Virus record (IMG/VR): IMGVR_UViG_2627853983_000001
Length of the DNA: 30,082 nucleotides
Reading direction: 5' to 3' (one strand)
Origin: a virus
Taxonomy: Duplodnaviria; Heunggongvirae; Uroviricota; Caudoviricetes
The notes below the pieces were generated by a model. The model was not told the origin of the DNA and did no database searches. It worked only from the letters and a program-made list of their open reading frames with translations. Made by a program: the position numbers and the translations under genes. Numbering within the stretch: position 1 is the first letter of the stretch; each line of letters starts with the position of its first letter. Below, in pieces: positions 25,062-30,082 of the stretch.

Positions 25062-25474
25062 TGATTGTGATGGTTGTGTTGTTATCGCTGGCGGTGGTGG
25101 GGCTGTTTCTGGCGAAGCATGAAAACGCCAGCCTGCGCGCCTCGCTGGACAGGGTGAACAACGTCGCCAGTGAACAGCAGACGACCATCACCATGCTGAA
25201 AAATCAGCTTCATGTTGCCCTCACCAGGGCAGACAAAAACGAGCTGGCGCAGGTGGCACTGCGTCAGGAACTGGAGAACGCCGCGAAGCGTGAAGCACAG
25301 CGCGAGAAAACCATCACGAGGTTACTGAATGAAAACGAAGATTTTCGCCGCTGGTACGGTGCTGACCTGCCTGATGCTGTGCGCCGGTTGCACCAGCGCC
25401 CGGCCTGCGCCGACGCCAGTGATTGTCCACAACGCCTGCCCGAAAGTGAGTCTTTGCCCGATGCCGGGCAGTGA
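25049..25474 (+). CDS. lysB: LysB, Rz-like inner-membrane spanin
   Basis: 141 aa with N-terminal transmembrane segment and coiled-coil periplasmic part. Confidence 0.85.
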   Translation: MSKLMIVMVVLLSLAVVGLFLAKHENASLRASLDRVNNVASEQQTTITMLKNQLHVALTRADKNELAQVALRQELENAAKREAQREKTITRLLNENEDFRRWYGADLPDAVRRLHQRPACADASDCPQRLPESESLPDAGQ

Positions 25475-25619
25475 CCCGGAGACGAACGGCGATTTAAGTG
25501 CCGATATCCGGCAGCTTGAGAACGCGCTGGCACGCTGTGCCAGCCAGGTAAAAATGATTAAACACTGTCAGGACGAAAACGATGCTCAAACCCGACAGCC
25601 TGCGCAGGGCGCTGACTGA
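25329..25619 (+). CDS. lysC: LysC, Rz1-like outer-membrane lipoprotein spanin, out of frame within the 3' part of lysB
   Basis: 96 aa starting MKTKIFAAGTVLTCLMLCAGC (signal peptide plus lipobox LCAGC), Pro-rich; starts inside lysB and extends into R. Confidence 0.8.
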   Translation: MKTKIFAAGTVLTCLMLCAGCTSARPAPTPVIVHNACPKVSLCPMPGSDPETNGDLSADIRQLENALARCASQVKMIKHCQDENDAQTRQPAQGAD

Positions 25620-26049
25620 TGCCGTCACGGTGCTGAAAACCAGTCCAGAGATGCTTCGGATATTCGTGGATAACGGGAGTATTGCCTCCACGCTGGCGAC
25701 GTCGCTGTCGTTCGAAAAGCGTTACACGCTCAATGTGATTGTGACCGACTTTACCGGTGATTTTGACCTGCTCATCGTGCCGGTGCTGGCGTGGCTGCGG
25801 GAAAATCAGCCCGACATCATGACCACTGACGAAGGCCAGAAAAAGGGCTTCACGTTTTATGCAGACATCAACAATGACAGCAGCTTTGATATCAGCATCA
25901 GCCTGATGCTGACCGAGCGCACGCTGGTCAGTGAGGTGGACGGCGCGCTGCATGTGAAGAATATCCCGGAACCCACGCCGCCGGAACCGGTCACCCGCCC
26001 GGTGGAGCTTTATATCAATGGCGAACTGGTGAGCAAGTGGGATGAATGA
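25582..26049 (+). CDS. R: Tail completion protein R
   Basis: 155-aa ORF; P2 R length and position. Confidence 0.88.
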   Translation: MLKPDSLRRALTDAVTVLKTSPEMLRIFVDNGSIASTLATSLSFEKRYTLNVIVTDFTGDFDLLIVPVLAWLRENQPDIMTTDEGQKKGFTFYADINNDSSFDISISLMLTERTLVSEVDGALHVKNIPEPTPPEPVTRPVELYINGELVSKWDE

Positions 26050-26494
26050 GTTTAAGCGTTTTGAAGACCGGCTGGCCGGACTGATTGAATCGCTGTCACC
26101 GTCAGGGCGTCGGCGACTGAGTGCCGAACTGGCGAAACGCCTGCGGCAGAGTCAGCAGCGTCGGGTGATGGCACAGAAAGCCCCGGACGGCACACCCTAC
26201 GTGCCACGCCAGCAGCAGAGCGCCAGAAAAAAGACCGGTCGCGTTAAGCGAAAAATGTTTGCGAAACTTATCACCAGTCGTTTTTTGCATATCCGCGCCA
26301 GCCCTGAACAGGCATCAATGGAGTTTTACGGCGGGAAGTCACCGAAAATCGCCAGTGTGCATCAGTTCGGTCTGTCGGAAGAAACCCGGAAAGACGGTAA
26401 GAAAATTGATTATCCGGCGCGTCCTCTGCTCGGCTTTACCGGTGAGGATGTGCAGATGATTGAAGAGATTATCCTGGCTCACCTCGACCGTTAG
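26042..26494 (+). CDS. S: Tail completion protein S
   Basis: 150-aa ORF; P2 S length and position. Confidence 0.88.
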   Translation: MNEFKRFEDRLAGLIESLSPSGRRRLSAELAKRLRQSQQRRVMAQKAPDGTPYVPRQQQSARKKTGRVKRKMFAKLITSRFLHIRASPEQASMEFYGGKSPKIASVHQFGLSEETRKDGKKIDYPARPLLGFTGEDVQMIEEIILAHLDR

Positions 26495-26560
26495 TTGTGC
26501 CATTCCCGACACCTCATCGTCACATTGCCGCCGGTATGACCCGGCGGCATCCTTCCCGTT

Positions 26561-27196
26561 ATGAACACTCTCGCAAATATCCAGGAACTCGCGCGCGCAC
26601 TGCGCAACATGATCCGCACCGGCCTTGTCGTCGAAACCAACCTTAAAGCCGGTCGCTGCCGTGTGCAGACCGGCGGCATGTGCACCGACTGGCTTCAGTG
26701 GCTGACCTGTCGTGCCGGGCGTTCGCGCACATGGTGGGCACCTTCCGTGGGGGAGCAGGTGCTGATTCTGGCCGTGGGCGGTGAACTTGACACGGCGTTT
26801 GTTCTGCCGGGGATTTATTCCGGCGATAACCCCGCGCCGTCTGCGTCGGCGGATGCCCTGCATATCCGTTTCCCTGACGGGGCGGTGATTGAGTATGAAC
26901 CCGAAACCAGTGCACTCACGGTAAGCGGAATTAAAACGGCCAGCGTGACGGCTTCTGATTCTGTTACTGCCACGGTGCCGGTGGTCATGGTGAAAGCATC
27001 AACCCGCATCACCATGGACGCACCGGAGGTGGTCTGCACCAACAGGCTGATTACCGGCACGCTGGAAGTGCAGAAGGGCGGGACGATGCGCGGCAACATT
27101 GAACACACCGGCGGTGAACTCTCATCAAACGGTAAGGTACTGCATACCCATAAACACCCCGGCGACAGCGGCGGCACAACCGGGAGTCCTCTATGA
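26561..27196 (+). CDS. V: Baseplate spike / assembly protein V
   Basis: 211-aa ORF; P2 V length and position. Confidence 0.9.
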   Translation: MNTLANIQELARALRNMIRTGLVVETNLKAGRCRVQTGGMCTDWLQWLTCRAGRSRTWWAPSVGEQVLILAVGGELDTAFVLPGIYSGDNPAPSASADALHIRFPDGAVIEYEPETSALTVSGIKTASVTASDSVTATVPVVMVKASTRITMDAPEVVCTNRLITGTLEVQKGGTMRGNIEHTGGELSSNGKVLHTHKHPGDSGGTTGSPL

Positions 27197-27540
27197 CAGC
27201 GCGTTATCTCGGAATGAATCGCAGTGATGGCCTGACTGTCACTGACCTTGAGCATATCAGCCAGAGTATCGGCGATATCCTGCGCACACCGGTCGGCTCA
27301 CGGGTGATGCGTCGTGATTACGGCTCGTTGCTGGCGTCAATGATTGACCAGCCGCAGACCCCGGCGCTTGAGTTGCAGATTAAGGTCGCCTGTTACATGG
27401 CCGTGCTGAAATGGGAACCCCGCGTCACCCTGTCATCCGTCACCACGGCGCGCAGTTTTGACGGGCGAATGACGGTCACGTTAACCGGCCAGCACAACGA
27501 CACCGGCCAGCCACTTTCGTTAACCATCCCTGTGAGTTGA
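27193..27540 (+). CDS. W: Baseplate protein W (gp25-like)
   Basis: 115-aa ORF overlapping the V stop. Confidence 0.9.
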   Translation: MTARYLGMNRSDGLTVTDLEHISQSIGDILRTPVGSRVMRRDYGSLLASMIDQPQTPALELQIKVACYMAVLKWEPRVTLSSVTTARSFDGRMTVTLTGQHNDTGQPLSLTIPVS

Positions 27541-27544
27541 AACC

Positions 27545-28453
27545 ATGCCGATTATCGACCTGAACCAGCTACCCGCACCGGATGTGGTCGAGGAGCTGGA
27601 CTTTGAAACCATTCTCGCCGAACGCAAGGCGACACTGATTTCCCTTTACCCGGAAGACCAGCAGGAGGCGGTCGCCCGTACCCTGACGCTGGAATCCGAG
27701 CCTCTCGTCAAACTGCTGGAGGAAAATGCTTATCGTGAGCTTATCTGGCGTCAGCGTGTGAATGAGGCCGCACGGGCGGTAATGCTGGCCTGTGCCGCCG
27801 GTAATGACCTTGATGTGATTGGTGCCAATTACAACACCACGCGCCTGACTATCACCCCGGCAGATGATTCGACCATCCCGCCGACACCGGCAGTGATGGA
27901 ATCTGACACCGATTATCGTCTGCGTATTCAGCAGGCGTTTGAGGGCTTAAGCGTCGCCGGGTCGGTGGGAGCCTATCAGTATCATGGCCGCAGTGCCGAC
28001 GGGCGTGTCGCGGATATCTCTGTCACCAGTCCGTCTCCGGCCTGCGTCACCATCTCCGTGCTGTCACGTGAAAATAACGGTGTCGCATCCGAAGACCTGC
28101 TGGCCGTGGTGCGTAACGCCCTGAATGGTGAGGACGTCAGACCGGTGGCCGACCGCGTGACCGTGCAGTCTGCCGCCATTGTTGAATACCAGATAAACGC
28201 CACGCTTTACCTTTACCCTGGTCCCGAAAGCGAACCCATCCGCGCTGCTGCCGTGAAAAAACTGGAAGCGTACATCACGGCACAGCACCGGCTGGGGCGC
28301 GACATCCGTCTGTCTGCCATTTATGCCGCTTTGCATGTGGAAGGCGTGCAGCGTGTCGAGCTGGCCGCACCACTGGCCGACATTGTGCTCAACAGTACGC
28401 AGGCGTCTTTCTGCACCGAATACAGCGTCGTGACCGGAGGCTCGGATGAGTGA
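27545..28453 (+). CDS. J: Baseplate protein J
   Basis: 302-aa ORF; P2 J length and position. Confidence 0.9.
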   Translation: MPIIDLNQLPAPDVVEELDFETILAERKATLISLYPEDQQEAVARTLTLESEPLVKLLEENAYRELIWRQRVNEAARAVMLACAAGNDLDVIGANYNTTRLTITPADDSTIPPTPAVMESDTDYRLRIQQAFEGLSVAGSVGAYQYHGRSADGRVADISVTSPSPACVTISVLSRENNGVASEDLLAVVRNALNGEDVRPVADRVTVQSAAIVEYQINATLYLYPGPESEPIRAAAVKKLEAYITAQHRLGRDIRLSAIYAALHVEGVQRVELAAPLADIVLNSTQASFCTEYSVVTGGSDE

Positions 28454-29057
28454 TTCGCGCCTGCTGCCGACCGGCTCATCACCGCTTGAAGTCGCCGCCG
28501 CAAAAGCCTGTGCGGAAATTGAAAAAACGCCGGTCAGTATTCGTGAGCTGTGGAACCCGGATACCTGTCCGGCAAATCTGCTGCCGTGGCTGGCGTGGTC
28601 ATTTTCGGTTGACCGCTGGGATGATAAGTGGCCGGAAGCGACAAAACGCGCTGTTATCCGCGATGCGTATTTCATTCACTGCCATAAGGGCACTATAGGC
28701 GCAATCCGGCGTGTGGTGGAGCCGCTCGGCTATCTGATTGAGGTGAGGGAGTGGTGGCAGCTCAACGAGGAGCCGGGGACGTTCCGCATCGTTGTTGGCG
28801 TGCTTGAGCAGGGTATTACCGAGGAAATGTATCAGGAGCTGGAGCGCCTCGTTGCTGATGCAAAACCGGCAAGCCGCCATCTGACGGGACTGGCTATCAG
28901 CTTAAGTACAACCGGCAACATTTTTGCCGGTGCGGGATGCTATCACGGCGACGCCCTGACGGTTTATCCCTACACCCCGGAGGCCATTATTGTCGGAGGG
29001 GATTATTTCCCGGCCTCGGCCATTCATTTAATTGATAACCTGAGAGTAAACGCATGA
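28446..29057 (+). CDS. I: Baseplate protein I
   Basis: 203-aa ORF overlapping the J stop and the H start. Confidence 0.85.
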   Translation: MSDSRLLPTGSSPLEVAAAKACAEIEKTPVSIRELWNPDTCPANLLPWLAWSFSVDRWDDKWPEATKRAVIRDAYFIHCHKGTIGAIRRVVEPLGYLIEVREWWQLNEEPGTFRIVVGVLEQGITEEMYQELERLVADAKPASRHLTGLAISLSTTGNIFAGAGCYHGDALTVYPYTPEAIIVGGDYFPASAIHLIDNLRVNA

Positions 29058-30082
29058 CAGTGAAATACTACGCCATTCTGACTAATCAGGGCGCAGCACG
29101 GCTGGCTAACGCGACGATGCTCGGCAGTAAGCTGAATCTGACGCAAATGGCCGTTGGTGATGCGAATGGTGTCTTGCCGACACCAGACCCGGCACAGACA
29201 AAACTGATTAATCAGAAACGCATTGCACCGCTGAATCTTCTGAGTGTTGACCCGAACAACCAGAGCCAGATTATTGCGGAGCAAATCATCCCTGAGAACG
29301 AGGGCGGATTCTGGATCCGTGAGATTGGGCTTTATGATGATGAAGGCGTACTCATTGCGGTGGCGAACTGCCCGGAAACGTACAAACCGCAGTTACAGGA
29401 AGGCAGCGGTCGTACCCAGACTATCCGCATGATTCTGGTTGTCACGAATACCGAAGCTATCACGCTGAAAATCGACCCGTCGGTGGTACTGGCGACCCGT
29501 AAATACGTGGATGATGAAGTCCTGGAATTAAGGCTGTATGTGGATGACCAGATGAGAAACCACATTGCCGCACAGGACCCTCATACCCAGTATGCACAGA
29601 AACATAATCCGACATTTACCGGAGAACCAAAAGCGCCGACGCCTGCCGCAGGAAATAACACCACGCGGATTGCGACCACTGCGTTTGTACAGGCCGCTAT
29701 TACCGCTCTGATTAACGGTGCCCCTGACACGCTGGACACACTGAAAGAAATTGCCGCAGCTATCAACAATGACCCGAAATTCAGCGCCACCATTAACAAT
29801 GCGCTGTCAGGTAAGCAGCCACTGGATGAGACGCTGACTCATTTGAGTGGAAAGGATGTAGCTGGTCTTCTCGCATACCTTGGTTTGGGAGAAGGTTCAG
29901 CATTACCTGTTGGTGCACCTGTTCCGTGGCCTTCAGAGACACCTCCAACAGGCTGGCTGAAATGCAACGGAGCAGCTTTTTCTGCTGAAGAATACCCGGA
30001 ACTGGCAAAGGCTTACCCGACAAATAAATTGCCTGATTTACGTGGTGAGTTTATTCGTGGCTGGGATGATTCTAGAGGGATT
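29054..30082 (+). CDS. H: Tail fibre protein H, constant N-terminal part (partial: open at the window end, continues into the invertible segment)
   Basis: ATG at 29054 overlaps the I stop (ATGA). The frame stays open for 343 codons to the last base (MTVKYYAILTNQGAARLANATMLGSKLNLTQMAVGD...RGEFIRGWDDSRGI). Absent from the ORF track only because it has no stop in the window. Confidence 0.88.
   Translation, partial: MTVKYYAILTNQGAARLANATMLGSKLNLTQMAVGDANGVLPTPDPAQTKLINQKRIAPLNLLSVDPNNQSQIIAEQIIPENEGGFWIREIGLYDDEGVLIAVANCPETYKPQLQEGSGRTQTIRMILVVTNTEAITLKIDPSVVLATRKYVDDEVLELRLYVDDQMRNHIAAQDPHTQYAQKHNPTFTGEPKAPTPAAGNNTTRIATTAFVQAAITALINGAPDTLDTLKEIAAAINNDPKFSATINNALSGKQPLDETLTHLSGKDVAGLLAYLGLGEGSALPVGAPVPWPSETPPTGWLKCNGAAFSAEEYPELAKAYPTNKLPDLRGEFIRGWDDSRGI
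29868..29893. other. Serine-invertase crossover site, right: TTCTCGCATACC-TT-GGTTTGGGAGAA, inside H
   Basis: 26-bp imperfect palindrome. Its inner half and centre are identical (inverted) to site 189..214; the outer halves differ. The inverted-repeat homology begins exactly at the central dinucleotide 29880..29881. Confidence 0.7.
29880..30082 (+). repeat. Right inverted-repeat copy (partner of 1..202), coding the first ~67 aa of the tail-fibre variable part
   Basis: Reverse-complement identity with 1..202 apart from one extra G (CTGGG versus CTGG) about 20 nt from the window edge. Confidence 0.85.

Noticed and set aside
1-30082. Terminal inverted repeats as transposon or IS ends, making the window a composite mobile element
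   Set aside because: The repeats encode a tail-fibre segment, their homology ends exactly at invertase crossover-site centres, the adjacent recombinase is a Gin-type invertase rather than a transposase, and no target-site duplication is seen.
1-30082. CRISPR arrays, tRNA or rRNA genes
   Set aside because: No regularly spaced direct repeats and no tRNA-like or rRNA-like sequences were recognisable by eye. The attP region contains hairpins but no tRNA 3' segment I could identify.

Overview
The window is an almost complete, circularly permuted genome of a P2-like temperate myovirus (Peduovirus-type), with one accessory cargo island and an invertible tail-fibre switch. I recognise the backbone from recalled P2 protein sequences and lengths, not from any database search. 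Gene order is P2-like: invertase, FI-FII-E/E'-T-U-D-ogr, attP, int and C on the minus strand, cox-B-small early ORFs-A, cargo island, cos, Q and P on the minus strand, then O-N-M-L-X-Y-K-lysA-lysB/lysC-R-S-V-W-J-I-H. Because ogr-attP-int is uninterrupted and the cos site lies internally, this looks like the excised or replicative phage form rather than an integrated prophage with host flanks. The two window edges are ~200-bp inverted copies of each other, and the homology stops exactly at the central dinucleotide of two 26-bp Hin/Gin/Cin-type crossover sites. Together with the Gin-like invertase at 264..863, this indicates an invertible tail-fibre segment whose variable cassettes lie outside the window. 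The most interesting region is the AT-rich island at about 13575..17124, between replication gene A and cos/Q, where P2 itself carries tin and old. It holds an orphan ImmA/IrrE-type HEXXH zinc peptidase, a two-transmembrane-helix protein, a convergent 313-aa protein with a canonical HEPN-type RNxxxH motif, and a possible 37-aa small gene. I interpret this as a candidate, possibly undescribed, anti-phage or abortive-infection module; that interpretation is inference. No tRNA, rRNA, CRISPR array or transposase was seen.
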